A stretch of DNA of 63,199 bases, filler included, from Octopus bimaculoides (taxonomy: Eukaryota): NCBI RefSeq assembly GCF_001194135.2. It is 5 parts of 4 records of this genome, joined end to end, with 100 filler letters (N's around TTAATTAATTAA, not from the genome) between each part and the next. Parts side by side here need not be neighbours in the genome. Positions count along the whole stretch, not along the records: positions 1 to 12,054 come from NC_068997.1; 4 more parts are not named here. One strand, given 5' to 3'. A model generated the notes under the pieces. That model was not told where the DNA came from, made no database searches, and was given only the letters and a program-made list of their open reading frames with translations. This document shows, piece after piece, positions 1-11,280 of this stretch. The translations under genes and the position numbers were made by a program. Position 1 is the first letter of the stretch. Every line of letters begins with the position of its first letter.

Positions 1-124
1 TATATATATATATATGATGCTTGTACCTATGTATGTATGTATACTGGGACCTGAAACATAACGCTAGTACACTAGTACGTAAGTAGTCGTAATTTGTGAG
101 GTTTGAGTGTCAAAATAAAGTAAG

Positions 125-221
125 GTTAATAATAATAATAATAACAACATTAACAACAACAACACTAATAATAATAATAATTATTATTATTATTGTTGTT
201 GTTGTTGTTGTTGTTGTTGTT
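125..221. repeat. Compound trinucleotide microsatellite (AAT/AAC)n-(TAT/TGT)n
   Basis: Directly visible; explains the poly-I/T/V ORF 96..395. Confidence 0.95.
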
Positions 222-2330
222 ATTTCAAATTTCGGCACCGCAAACATTCTAATCACCCCCCACCCCTATGTAGTCTTACAAGCTTTAGCAAATAATATTA
301 GTTTATGTATCATCAGTATATCTTCTGATAAAGAAAATTCCGACTATGTTTTACATTACTATAATAACACTCTAAAACAAAAGCGGTGTTCGTAACAAAA
401 TAGAACATAGACCTCACCCATATTATAAAAAAATAAGCAAGAGATAAATTCATGATAGTTTCCTTCAATCCGCCTTTTTAGTTTGGGCGTAGCATGTAAT
501 ATAACAACAACGTTTCTAATTATCACACACAAGCATTTTTTCTGTTTATCACTGATACCACAATTATTATGAAGATCTTTATAAGCGTTAGTGGCAGCTG
601 TAACCAGCTCTTCAATATTTAGAATCAACATGATCCCAATATAATTTGTATTAATATTATATCGTTTACACCCAGTGATAAATGTTTTAACAAGGCGTTG
701 TTATATGGTAACTTTGTCGACCGCAACCCTACGAAATTGTATTCGTTTGAATTATTTCTTTTAACAAAACATATAGAAAATATAGTACAAGTCCATTTAT
801 CCAGTATGCCTGAATCTTCAGGCATAAAAGAATCGTGAACCTCAAAACGATTGGTCAATAATCAAATTCGCTTTTAACTTATGCACTACCGTACATTTCA
901 GCATCTTAATGTTTCCATTTAATCTGTTAAATTAGAGGACCGAACTAGTTTCTAAATGAAGGCATCAAAACTAATCTATATTGTAAAACATTATTCTTCT
1001 CATGAAGTTGGTTAGTAAATTCGTTGATGTTTCGAAAATTCTCTACAAAGATTTCAAAATTCTTTGTACATTCTTCAAACATACACAAATATCTTTAAGA
1101 AAAACAAAACCCTGGGCTCTATTTGTAAATTATTCTTAGCTTTGAGTTGATTTGTAAACTCATTGAAATTCAAAAAATTCCTTACGAACATTTCAAAATT
1201 CTTTGCAAATTCTCCGAACCCTTAACATTTTCATTACGAAAACATAAACGTTTTATGACTTTAAACAAATAACCCCTTTTTCATTTTTTCTCTTCCTTTC
1301 CTCTCCCTTCTATCTTTCTTATCTCTCCAATCGCTTAAACGTTTCCTCTTGTCGTCTCCTATTCCCTCCTACATTAAACAGTTTGTATATATTATTGCAT
1401 TTCACTTCATCTTATTTCACATCCATCTAACACACACTTCCATCCTTTCTTTTCTTTTCCCATCGTACCCACATTCACCTTACACTTTCTTTCCCATTTC
1501 TCCTCGTACCTACATTCATCTAATTCTTTCTTTTCTTTTCCTCTTCGTGTCCTCATTCATCTTATCCTTTCTCTTTTCCTTTTTTCACACTTACTATACT
1601 GCCTCCATTTTCTCTATCGTTGTTCACAATACACGATACGAAATGACAAAATATTTATTCGCTCACTGCTTACTCTTTTCTGCCGTTATTTCCTTAACGA
1701 TGTCTGTTTTGATTATATATACGTATGCGTGTGTCTCTGAACCTGACTGTATACTCTAGATGTATGTATATGTCTGTCTGTATTTGTTGGAATGCGTGTG
1801 TATGACCGCTGTAACGTATGCCCAAACATATAAACAAGCGTAAATTTTCTGCGTGAGTACAGAAAACCCACTTCTTTCGTTGGGGGCGGACATGCCCCAA
1901 AGCTAGGATATTTTCTTTGGTCAATACACGGTGATCGCTTAGAAGCTTTAAGCTTATAAAAATTATTATTATTTACAGAATATAAACAATTTCCTCGTTT
2001 CTCTATCTCTCTCTTTCTATCTCTTTATTCTCTCTCCCTTCTCCCTTTTCCCCCTCTCTCTTTCTCCCTCTTTATTTTTTTCTCATCCTGTCGAACGAGA
2101 TCACAAACTACAAACAAGACAAATATCGAACTGCTTCAAACAGCGATTTCAGGGTAAAATTCTTCTTATATAAGACCCTACAACTACCGTACATTCTTTT
2201 AGCCTCATCGCTCTCAACTCTCCCTTTTCCTCTCTTTTCCCTCCCTTTCTTCTTCCCCTCTCTCCCGGTTTCTGCCTCTTTGCCGATCTGCACCAAGATC
2301 AATCGGCGCTTTTTCACATCTCATCTCATT

Positions 2331-2617
2331 AACTGGCACTCCGTCGGTTACGATGGCGAGTCTTCCAGTTAATCTGCTATCAACGGAACAGCCTGCTCGT
2401 GAAATGAACGTGCAAGTGGCTGAGAACTCCACAGACACACGTACCCTTAACGTAGTTTTCAGGGATATTCAGTGTGTCGCAGAATGAGACAAGGCTGGCC
2501 CTTTGAAATACTCGTACAACTCATTTTTATCTGCTGAGTGGCCTGGAGCAATGGGTATCAAACTCACGGCCTTACGATCCTGAGCCGATTACCCTGACCA
2601 CTAAGCCACGCACCTTC
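2331..2617 (-). mobile_element. tRNA-derived SINE family A (octopus OR-like), near full length
   Basis: Minus-strand head GAAGGTGCGTGGCTTAGTGGTCAGGG...GAGTTTGATACC has A/B-box-like motifs; body matches copies at 20926, 33888, 36555. Confidence 0.85.
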
Positions 2618-2640
2618 GCTTCTCATCTAATTAATCAATA

Positions 2641-2803
2641 GGTGTGGGTGTGGGTGGCTGTGTGAGAAGAAGCTCGCTTCCCAGCCACATGGTTCCAGGT
2701 TCAGTTCCACTGTGTGGTACCTTGGGCAGATGTTCTCTGCTATAGCCTCGGCCGACCAAAGCCTTGTGAATGGATTTGGTAGACGGAAACTGAAGGAAGC
2801 TCG
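2641..2803 (+). mobile_element. tRNA-derived SINE family B
   Basis: GTGGCTGTGTGAGAAG...CCACATGGTTCCAGGTTCAGTTCCACTG...GGAAACTGAAGGAAGCTCG; at least 7 other copies in window. Confidence 0.85.
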
Positions 2804-2867
2804 TATGTGTATATACATACATGTGTGTGTGTGTGTGTGTGTGTACATACATACGTACATACATATT

Positions 2868-3016
2868 ACGGGCTTCTTTCAGTTTCTGCCTACTGAATCC
2901 ACTCACAAGGTTTTGGTCTGCCCGAGGTTATATTAGAGGACACTAACCCAAGATGCCATGCAGAGCGATTGAACGTGTACCCATGTGGTTGGGAAGCAAA
3001 CTTGTTACCAAACAGC
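2868..3016 (-). mobile_element. SINE family B, inverted copy
   Basis: Reverse complement of the 2641-2803 element, separated from it by a (GT)n/(TACA)n run. Confidence 0.85.
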
Positions 3017-3578
3017 TTCGTCATTAACGACGCTATAACTTCTTTTTCGTTTTCCTTTTCTTTCTTTTTTTTTTTGCAATTTGTTACGATTATCAAAGAT
3101 TTACGCCTAAAATCCTTCTTAATCCTTGAAAAAGAATTTTCAGCCAAAGCCATCGTGAGGATGTCGACCATCATCTCATCAAATAAATCAACCGATTCTA
3201 TTACTTCAAGTTCGCTAACATAAACAATCATGGCTCGGTCTGCAGGCCTTCCTATCACAACACCATAAACACTCCTTATCGTCCATTAGAACACACTGCC
3301 TTACAACATACGAGAACCACTCTTACAACTACGCCATACTACACACACAAAATGGCGCTGTATGATGTATCTGTCCCCCCTTTCCTCCTCTATCTTTACT
3401 TCATATACTTATTTGTAGGAAAAAAAGGGATGTCGTAATTATCACGCGCCATCTTGCCGCCGTATCATCCAGTCCCTTGTTTTCTCGACACACATCTTTC
3501 TTTCCTCTAACTACTTCTCACTTTATTCTCTTCATTCCTTTTTCTTTTTTGTCTTCCTCTCTTTCTGCCTCTCCTCTT

Positions 3579-3581
<3 letters not shown>

Positions 3582-3654
<73 letters not shown>
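3582..3654. repeat. (TC)n microsatellite
   Basis: Directly visible. Confidence 0.97.
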
Positions 3655-3661
<7 letters not shown>

Positions 3662-3908
3662 TCTCTTTCTATATGTAATTTTCTTTCTATCTCTCTCCAC
3701 TTTGTCCCATCCTGTCGCTTTGTTCTATGTTTCATTTTTTTTTTTTTTGCAAGTGGTGAGAAAATTGCAGAAGACAAGGACAAATCCACGAATCGCCAAC
3801 CGCTACCACCGCCACTACCATTAGTTATAACAATAACATACGCAAACATCATGTGTGTGTGTATATATGTATATATATATAACTGAAAGAAGTCCGTCAT
3901 ATATATGT

Positions 3909-3948
<40 letters not shown>

Positions 3949-3977
3949 ATGCATATATTTGTATGTGAATGCCTGTA

Positions 3978-4022
3978 TTTTCACCCCCTCCATCGCTTGA
4001 CAACTGATGTTGGTGTGTTTAC
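3978..4022 (+). mobile_element. SINE-like family C fragment
   Basis: CCATCGCTTGACAACTGATGTTGGTGTGTTTACGTCCCCGTAACTTAGCGG shared with 13655, 22650, 35425, 40215(rc), 60165. Confidence 0.75.
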
Positions 4023-4339
4023 GTCCCCGTAACTTAGCGGGATATTTTGTAAGGAGTTATTATACAAATAATCAGATAGCCATGGAATCTGTTTTGTTGG
4101 TGTTTTCAACAAGTAATTTAAACTCAGATCTGTTATGATCCCTAGGGCCCATAAAGCCGAAGCTTAAACCAGCTTTTATAACCGAAAGAGTCAGTGTTGC
4201 CACATGTTACATTAGGGTCTGTTTTAAGGCCGAAGTTTAACCCGTTTTAAATGAGGTTTAGTGACTAAAATTACAATACTCCCCACTTCTTCTGAACGGG
4301 GCGCTTATCCATCACAGAGTTAATCTCCCAGCTATTAAT

Positions 4340-4470
4340 GGAACTCGTTTTGCAGCAGTTGGACTGGAACAACGGGAAATGAAGTGTTTTGCTCAAGAAC
4401 ACAATTCGATGCCAGGTCCGGGAATCGAAACCACAATCTAAAGATCATGAGTGTAACAACCCTAGCCACT
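4340..4470 (-). mobile_element. SINE family A-related 5' head fragment
   Basis: GGACTGGAACAACGGGAAATGAAGTGTTTTGCTCAAGAACACA...GGGAATCGAAACCAC...CCCTAGCCACT resembles the family A/H head in reverse. Confidence 0.65.
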
Positions 4471-4629
4471 TATTAAGGTTGTATCTACAGATATTCTATA
4501 GGAATTATAGAACTAACACAGCAGAACATTGAGTATTGACCTATAAAAATGCTTAGTATACTTTATAGTGTGTTTTGGTTATATAACAAAATACCGTGTC
4601 CCTTACAAATCTTAAAACTTACCTAACCA

Positions 4630-4760
4630 CCGCTGAGGTCGACTTTGCCTTTCATCCTCTCGGGGTCGATGAAATAAGTACCAGTTACACACTGGAGTTT
4701 ATGTAATCGACTTATCCCTTACCTCAAAATTTCAGGCCTCGTGCCTATATTAGAAAAGAA
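4630..4760 (+). mobile_element. SINE family D, 3' part
   Basis: GAGGTCGACTTTGCCTTTCATCC...GGGGTCGAT...AAAATTTCAGGCCTCGTGCCTATA matches other D copies. Confidence 0.85.
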
Positions 4761-4899
4761 TATTTACCTAGCCACTTAGTTTTAAACCATGTACCTTCGC
4801 TGCTCATTGAAAACATTGAAATATATTTTGACACTTCAAAAATTTCATTGCTTATTCGGCCTCTAAGCATTGACTGTATCGATGCCAGTGTTCACTTAC

Positions 4900-4958
4900 C
4901 AAATATTAAAACACAGCAGAATGAATAGGAGAGAATACGAGCAGGTGGTATTACTTAT
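4900..4958 (-). CDS. Candidate small exon of putative minus-strand gene (ISNTTCSYSLLFILLCFNIW, or VIPPARILSYSFCCVLIFG from the alternative acceptor at 4953)
   Basis: Strong donor TTG|gtaagt, moderate acceptor, open frame; no homology recognised. Confidence 0.25.
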
Positions 4959-5204
4959 CTGTTCGTTGGTACAAAAATAGATGTTAAAATATACGCAACA
5001 TATTGATCTAATTACTCAAGACATTCTTAAACGATTTCTTTGCTGTGAAAACACACAGGAAATTCTTTCCTCAGAACAAACTAATTATATTCGTATATTT
5101 CCTCTTTGTGCAACCACATGTAAATTATGACATTCTTAGTGAAAGAAAATAAAGAAATGGGTATTAAGAATACAGTATATATATTTCTTTATTGCTCACA
5201 GTGG

Positions 5205-5413
5205 GCTAAACATAGAGGGGACAAACAAGGACAAACAAAGGGATTAAGTCGATTACATCGACCCCAGTGCGTAACTGGTACTTATTTAATTGACACTAGA
5301 AGAATGAAAGGCAAAGTCGACCTCGGCGGAATTTGAACTCAGAACGTAACGGCAGATGAAATACTGCTAAGCATTTCGCCCGGCGTGCTAACGATTCTGC
5401 CAGCTCGCCGCCC
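5205..5413 (-). mobile_element. SINE family D, near full length
   Basis: Minus head GGCGGCGAGCTGGCAGAATCGTTAGCACGCCGGGCGAAATGCTTAGC...GTTCTGAGTTCAAATTCCGCCG (tRNA-like); at least 12 copies. Confidence 0.9.
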
Positions 5414-5419
5414 TAGAGT

Positions 5420-6015
5420 ACAGTATATTAAAGTCAGCCGTCACTCGCGAGCGAATACGACTTAGTAACATGGGTCATGTTTTCGTTAATTGTTTTAAGT
5501 GCCTGTGGATGTTGCGCCTACCGAATTCTCTTTGGAACTGTCCATGAGCGTTCGCACATTCCTTGTGCCAGCGTTGATCGATGTCACTGATGTTTTTGTC
5601 TGTGTGTTTTGACTGCAAATAAGTATCTCCGTCTGCCACGGTATGCAGACCAGAATAAGGTGAATCAGAATATGTTTAGGGCACCTTTTCTAGTCCCTTC
5701 TTCGGGACACAGAGGTGAGCAGAGCGATCCTAAAGATGGCTACTCGGACAGTCAGGGGACAGCCGAGCTCCATTACTGCTTCGGTTAGTGGGGAGTAACT
5801 CTATGCTCTGGAACCCCTGTGTTTAGGTTTGTGACTACAGCTTCCATGTCATTCGGCCCTCGCCACAGCTGGACATACCGTCTCCTGTCTTCTTCTCCAT
5901 TGTGATCTCCTTGGTCCTCGTCAGCAACAAGAAACCAATTAATAAATAGTCGCCTGTATAGCCGCATGCATGCATAGACACCCTCTTGGCTCTCCCAGTA
6001 TCCCCCCAGCGGAAT
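5420..6015 (-). mobile_element. RTE-clade LINE 5' region (5'UTR plus start of the APE endonuclease), degenerate
   Basis: Minus frame INAGTRNVRTLMDSSK resembles the conserved APE N-terminal GTWNVRTL motif; GC-rich upstream UTR-like sequence. Confidence 0.7.
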
Positions 6016-6410
6016 CTTAGCCTTAGTTTTAGTTCTTCTTGTGCAGTTGGCCTGTAAATCGGACAGCAACACGTTTTCCAATCATCCCATTTTTGAACAT
6101 AGTCGACAGCATTTTCTCAGTATATGCTAATCTGCTCCTGAACTTCTTTGAAGGTGATGTGTCATGTCTTCTTGGAGTTCCCTCTGTTTTTCCGTCCCTC
6201 TGGGGGTACCCATTGTCTTGGGTATTCGTTCTTCAAATAGTCAGATAATATGACCTACATTTACGACACTTCTTTCCGCTATAATTTCCTGTAAGCTGTG
6301 CACATTTCCTCTTCTCAAGACTTCAATGTTTGTGATTCTGTCCATATAGGTGATCTTGTGTATTCTGCTTAGACGCCATTGCTGGAACGAATTCAACCTC
6401 TGAGTGATTT
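6016..6410 (-). mobile_element. RTE-clade LINE 3' end (ORF C-terminus plus short-repeat tail)
   Basis: TQRLNSFQQWRLSRIHKITYMDRITNIEVLRR...VGHII, then YPRQWVPPEGRKNRGNSKKT*; tail CTAAAA-CTAAGG-CTAAG. Confidence 0.85.
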
Positions 6411-6789
6411 TGAGAATTTGAGAATTTGAAATGATTATTGAAAAGGTTGCAAGACGCAACGAAAATTTAATGAAAAATAAATAAGTAAATGAGTGGAAAT
6501 TAGACCGGTCAGTGTGTTAAATTAATAAGGCACTAAAAGAGAATGGCTCTTCCCAGACACAATGATAAATACACATATATATATATGTATATATNNNNNN
6601 NNNNNNNNNNNNNNNNNNNNNNNNNNNNNNNNNNNNNNNNNNNNNNNNNNNNNNNNNNNNNNNNNNNNNNNNNNNNNNNNNNNNNNNNNNNNNNNNNNNN
6701 NNNNNNNNNNNNNNNNNNNNNNNNNNNNNNNNNNNNNNNNNNNNNNNNNNNNNNNNNNNNNNNNNNNNNNNNNNNNNNNNNNNNNNNNN

Positions 6790-6818
6790 CAAACGCAGGA
6801 TAATGCTAATAATATAGC
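6790..6818 (-). CDS. Candidate exon start (AILLALSCV...), running into an N-gap
   Basis: Strong acceptor tcttatcctgttcag|G; in phase with the 7006-7071 candidate across a 187-nt GT-AG intron. Confidence 0.3.
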
Positions 6819-7005
6819 CTGAACAGGATAAGATACCCCTATTTTGCAGAAAAAAAGTGTATGTATTTATATGTATGTATACAGTAAATTAAGTTTAAGA
6901 TTCCATATTGAGTAGCACATCTCTTTAGTTTTGTTATTTAATTAAACACATCAACATACAACCTAGTTTTAAAAAATAAACATTACAAATTATATCAAAC
7001 ATTAC

Positions 7006-7071
7006 CAGAGCAGGAACTATAAAATATGTCAGGGCAATATACTCATCCATCAAACTAGGGCGATGAAACGT
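7006..7071 (-). CDS. Candidate exon TFHRPSLMDEYIALTYFIVPAL (66 nt, phase 0-0)
   Basis: aattctag|ACG...CTG|gtaatg; open frame; unique sequence. Confidence 0.35.
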
Positions 7072-7444
7072 CTAGAATTTACAACTAAACAGATGGCACG
7101 ATATCAGAAATGCAAGCTAGAGATAGAAGAATCTACCCTGCCCTCCCCCCATCCTAGTTTCTTTCAAGTTCTTTTCTTCTTTTTCTTCATTTCCTCTTGA
7201 TTATCTTTCAAGTTTGTCTTTTTCATATATTTATTTAGGTTTTCTCATAGTATTTTCGCATAGTATTTTTTGTGTTAATCTTATATATTTCTATGATAAT
7301 AATTTCTATTTCTATTTTTGTATTTTTTATATTTGTAATTTTATTATCAAATATTCATAATATATGAGGTATGTATAATTTATATAATTCTTTATTATAT
7401 ATATGTGTGTATATGTCGTTATATATTATATATATATATATATA

Positions 7445-7477
<33 letters not shown>

Positions 7478-7488
7478 CATCATTATCA

Positions 7489-7558
<70 letters not shown>

Positions 7559-7572
7559 CATCATCATTATCA

Positions 7573-7627
<55 letters not shown>

Positions 7628-7645
7628 CATTATTATTATTATTAT
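7445..7645. repeat. (TAT)n/(CAT)n microsatellite
   Basis: Directly visible. Confidence 0.97.
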
Positions 7646-7842
7646 TCAAAGTAATTTGATTCGGCTCTATGCTACTTAAAGTTTCACAGGCTTCATACAG
7701 AAACCTAGCCCGTTCAAGCTCAGATGTCCCTGAGCCTTAATGAGCCTGAACGATCCATAACAGGCCGGAACGAGCTTGGATTATCGTAATTTCTCCTAAC
7801 CAATTATTAAATGTAGTAGTTGCTTAACTATTATAACTCTTT

Positions 7843-8050
7843 CCACTATAGGCACAAGGCCTGAAATTTTGGGAGAAGGAATAACTCCATTACATCGACC
7901 CCAGTGCGTAACAGGTACTTATTTCATCGGCCCCGAAAAGATGAAAGGTAAAGTCGACCTCGGCGAATTTGAACTCAGAACGTAAAGACGTACGAAATTC
8001 TGCTAAGCGTTTCGCCTGGCGTGCTAACGTTTCTGCCAGCTCGCCGCCCT
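7843..8050 (-). mobile_element. SINE family D, full length
   Basis: CTATAGGCACAAGGCCTGAAATTTT...GCCAGCTCGCCGCC. Confidence 0.9.
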
Positions 8051-8269
8051 TTGCTTAACTATTATAATGAAAGCAAAGCGGTCGACGATAATCTACGTGG
8101 TGCTCTAAACTGAAGAACAACAGTCGTACATTTAATCGTACACAACAAAAGATAAAACATATATATATACATACATACATATATATATATATATAATACA
8201 AAGAATATATATACATGTATACACACATATATGTACATACTTACATCTACATGTGTATATACATGCATA

Positions 8270-8467
8270 TCAGGGTACAGGACGTTAGAACAATAAACTA
8301 CAGACAACGGAACGAACACATAGGAAAACGGAAAGCCCCTTGGAATATCCCTTCATCAGCTGTCTCTATTCTATCTAGACGTTTCGAAGACCAGACAGGA
8401 CGTACTCTAGAATAGTCTCTTCCTGAGTAGTGGATCAACCAACTACACAGAGGATTCCAAGGTGGCA
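8270..8467 (-). mobile_element. Short repeat resembling a Penelope-like terminal repeat, with hammerhead-like motifs
   Basis: Minus strand has ...GTCTTCGAAACGTCTAG...CAGCTGATGAAGGG; its end GGTACAGGACGT recurs inverted at about 59575-59590. Confidence 0.5.
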
Positions 8468-9616
8468 NNNNNNNNNNNNNNNNNNNNNNNNNNNNNNNNN
8501 NNNNNNNNNNNNNNNNNNNNNNNNNNNNNNNNNNNNNNNNNNNNNNNNNNNNNNNNNNNNNNNNNNNNNNNNNNNNNNNNNNNNNNNNNNNNNNNNNNNN
8601 NNNNNNNNNNNNNNNNNNNNNNNNNNNNNNNNNNNNNNNNNNNNNNNNNNNNNNNNNNNNNNNNNNNNNNNNNNNNNNNNNNNNNNNNNNNNNNNNNNNN
8701 NNNNNNNNNNNNNNNNNNNNNNNNNNNNNNNNNNNNNNNNNNNNNNNNNNNNNNNNNNNNNNNNNNNNNNNNNNNNNNNNNNNNNNNNNNNNNNNNNNNN
8801 NNNNNNNNNNNNNNNNNNNNNNNNNNNNNNNNNNNNNNNNNNNNNNNNNNNNNNNNNNNNNNNNNNNNNNNNNNNNNNNNNNNNNNNNNNNNNNNNNNNN
8901 NNNNNNNNNNNNNNNNNNNNNNNNNNNNNNNNNNNNNNNNNNNNNNNNNNNNNNNNNNNNNNNNNNNNNNNNNNNNNNNNNNNNNNNNNNNNNNNNNNNN
9001 NNNNNNNNNNNNNNNNNNNNNNNNNNNNNNNNNNNNNNNNNNNNNNNNNNNNNNNNNNNNNNNNNNNNNNNNNNNNNNNNNNNNNNNNNNNNNNNNNNNN
9101 NNNNNNNNNNNNNNNNNNNNNNNNNNNNNNNNNNNNNNNNNNNNNNNNNNNNNNNNNNNNNNNNNNNNNNNNNNNNNNNNNNNNNNNNNATATATATATA
9201 TATATATATATATATACATTTAAGCAATGCGGCCAAGTGGCAAAGGGGCCGTTAGTGCAGCAGATAAAATGCTTTGCACTATTTCTTCCGGCTTCCACTA
9301 GGCTGGTACTGTATTTAATGGAGCCCTGGAGGATTAAAGGCAAACCTAACTTTGGCAAAGTCTGAAGTCAGAGAGTACAAATAAATACATAAACAAATAG
9401 ATAAATAAATGAATAAATAAACACCGCAAAGTCACTTGGCTGTCGTTGTTTCTGGTCTCTCCCAGTTATGTCCCTTTATAAATTGAGCTCTTCGACAACT
9501 ATATTGTTAATATATATATTTCGAGGTCGATAAAATAAGTACCAGTTGAGTACTGGGGTCGATGTAATCGATGGCCATGTGCCAAAATTTGAAACCAATA
9601 TATAATACGTATATGT

Positions 9617-9790
9617 AGGGCGGAGAGCTGGCAGAATCGTTAGCACACCGGACAAAATGCTTAGCAGCATTTCGTCCGTCTTCACGTTCTAAGTTCAAAA
9701 TTCCGCCGAGGTCGACTTTTGCCTTTCATCCTTTCTAAGTCTATAAAATAAGTACCCGAAATTGCTGGCCTTGTGCTAAAACTTGAAACC
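9617..9790 (+). mobile_element. SINE family D (internally deleted)
   Basis: GGCGGAGAGCTGGCAGAATCGTTAGCAC...GAGGTCGACTTTTGCCTTTCATCC. Confidence 0.9.
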
Positions 9791-9917
9791 AATATTTAAT
9801 ATATGCTGGAACCACAACTTACGACTTTCACCTTCTACATCAGCTGACCCTCCACCCCACCGCACCCTTCTTTCTATACAATATAATGTAATGATCAACG
9901 TATGCAAGGTTAATGAC

Positions 9918-10118
9918 ACAAGGTCTGACATTTCAGGGAAGGAGTCTTATCGATTACATCGACCCCAATGCGAAACCGATACTTGCTTCATCGATCTTGA
10001 AAGGATGAAAGGAAGGCAAAGTTGACCTCGGCGGAATTTGAACTCAGAACGTAATGCTGGATGAAATGCCACTGAGCGTTTAGTCCGGTATGCTAACGAT
10101 ACTTCTAGCTCGCCGCCT
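9918..10118 (-). mobile_element. SINE family D
   Basis: Reverse complement of family D, ending CTCGCCGCCT. Confidence 0.88.
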
Positions 10119-10244
10119 TTAGACCAATTTTAATAATATCTTCTGTATGAAATAGATTTATTATGTATTGTATATGAGAGAGGGAGAATGTGAGTAAGAG
10201 AAAGTGAGAGGGAGAGAGAGAGAGAGTAAGGTAGATAATTCTAA

Positions 10245-10345
10245 CTACAACGACACCTCTGTGCAGTCGCTTAACCCACTAGAAGCAGCAGCTAAATCTC
10301 CCTCAAATCGCTTACTATCGCCTAAGATAGAAAAAGGAAGAACAT
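10245..10345 (+). mobile_element. Short interspersed repeat family E fragment
   Basis: GCAGCAGCTAAATCTCCCTCAAATC; related motifs at about 17300, 41830(rc), 42100(rc), 54480(rc), 61230. Confidence 0.6.
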
Positions 10346-10879
10346 TCTACCACACTTCATGAGAGTGAAAACTGTAAAATATTAAAGGTACTTAATCAGA
10401 CACTGATCAGGGCTAACGAACAAGGATTCTGTTTGCTTCGAAAGAAAACGATATTTCTTTGAACTATAATTCTATTATAAACAGGTTGTATGGAACTTTA
10501 ATTCTATTATAAACAGGGTCTCCAGGGAATATTATGGTATTATTTGCTCTCATGCGCAAATTACCAATCTAAAAGCGAGGATATTTTTGAAATGATTTTT
10601 AAAAGGCTGCCAATGTTTTGAGATGCAATTCTATTTGTTGTCAGACAAATTCTTTCGCTTTTTGCTATTTTTTTTTTTTTTAATAATCTCCAACGTTATT
10701 TGAATTAACACGGAAAATATTTTTATGGGAATGGATAGCTCTACTCTTCCTCTACAAATACGGTTCATCGTTTTCGAAATTTGAATGAATTTTACCTCTG
10801 TTCCAACATTTGATGATGGAGCGCCAAGTAGTAAAAAAAAAAACCAACGAATTTATATAACAGCCCGTATAAGGGAAGC

Positions 10880-10972
10880 TATCTGGCAGAATAGTTAGCC
10901 GTTAAGGCAAAATGCTTCGCGGCATTTCGTCCGTCTTTACTTCCGAGTTCAAATTTCGCCACGGTCGACCTA
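10880..10972 (+). mobile_element. SINE family D, 5' half
   Basis: CTGGCAGAATAGTTAGC...GAGTTCAAATTTCGCCACGGTCGAC. Confidence 0.8.
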
Positions 10973-11280
10973 CACAAGTGAATGTGTGAAGAACAAAATA
11001 GAAATTTTGAAAGAAGTATCTATAAAAGCAGTGTTTAAATCTTGAATGGCTAAGGTGGGTCACGAGAATAAAATAGTAATCAAAGGGGTCCATGGGTAAA
11101 AACTGGTTGAGAACCACTGGCTTACTTTCTCCACCACATTTATATTGCCAGTACAGGTGCGCGGTGTCTCACACGTCAGATGTTACAGTGATTCAAATCG
11201 AAACCACGGTCTTGCGATCGTGAGTACGACATCCTAACCACTTGGCCACGCAGCTTTATTCGAAATAGTGGAATAATCAG

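Noticed and set aside
5340-5413. tRNA genes at SINE heads
   Set aside because: A/B-box-like motifs continue into SINE bodies and do not form a full cloverleaf.
8105-8130. Other CTGANGA hits (about 8110, 815 rc, 23205, 29855 rc, 30300, 38630, 44090, 55804, 56140)
   Set aside because: No properly placed stem II, GAAA, NUH and stem I, so they are not hammerheads.
8298-9365. Long ORFs of 250-520 aa spanning N-runs (also 40241-41018, 47608-48482, 50242-50911, 51643-52311, 52574-54130)
   Set aside because: Open only because N codons translate as X.
10467-10517. 19-bp direct repeat TAATTCTATTATAAACAGG x2 around a 13-bp spacer
   Set aside because: Simple local duplication; no element between the copies.
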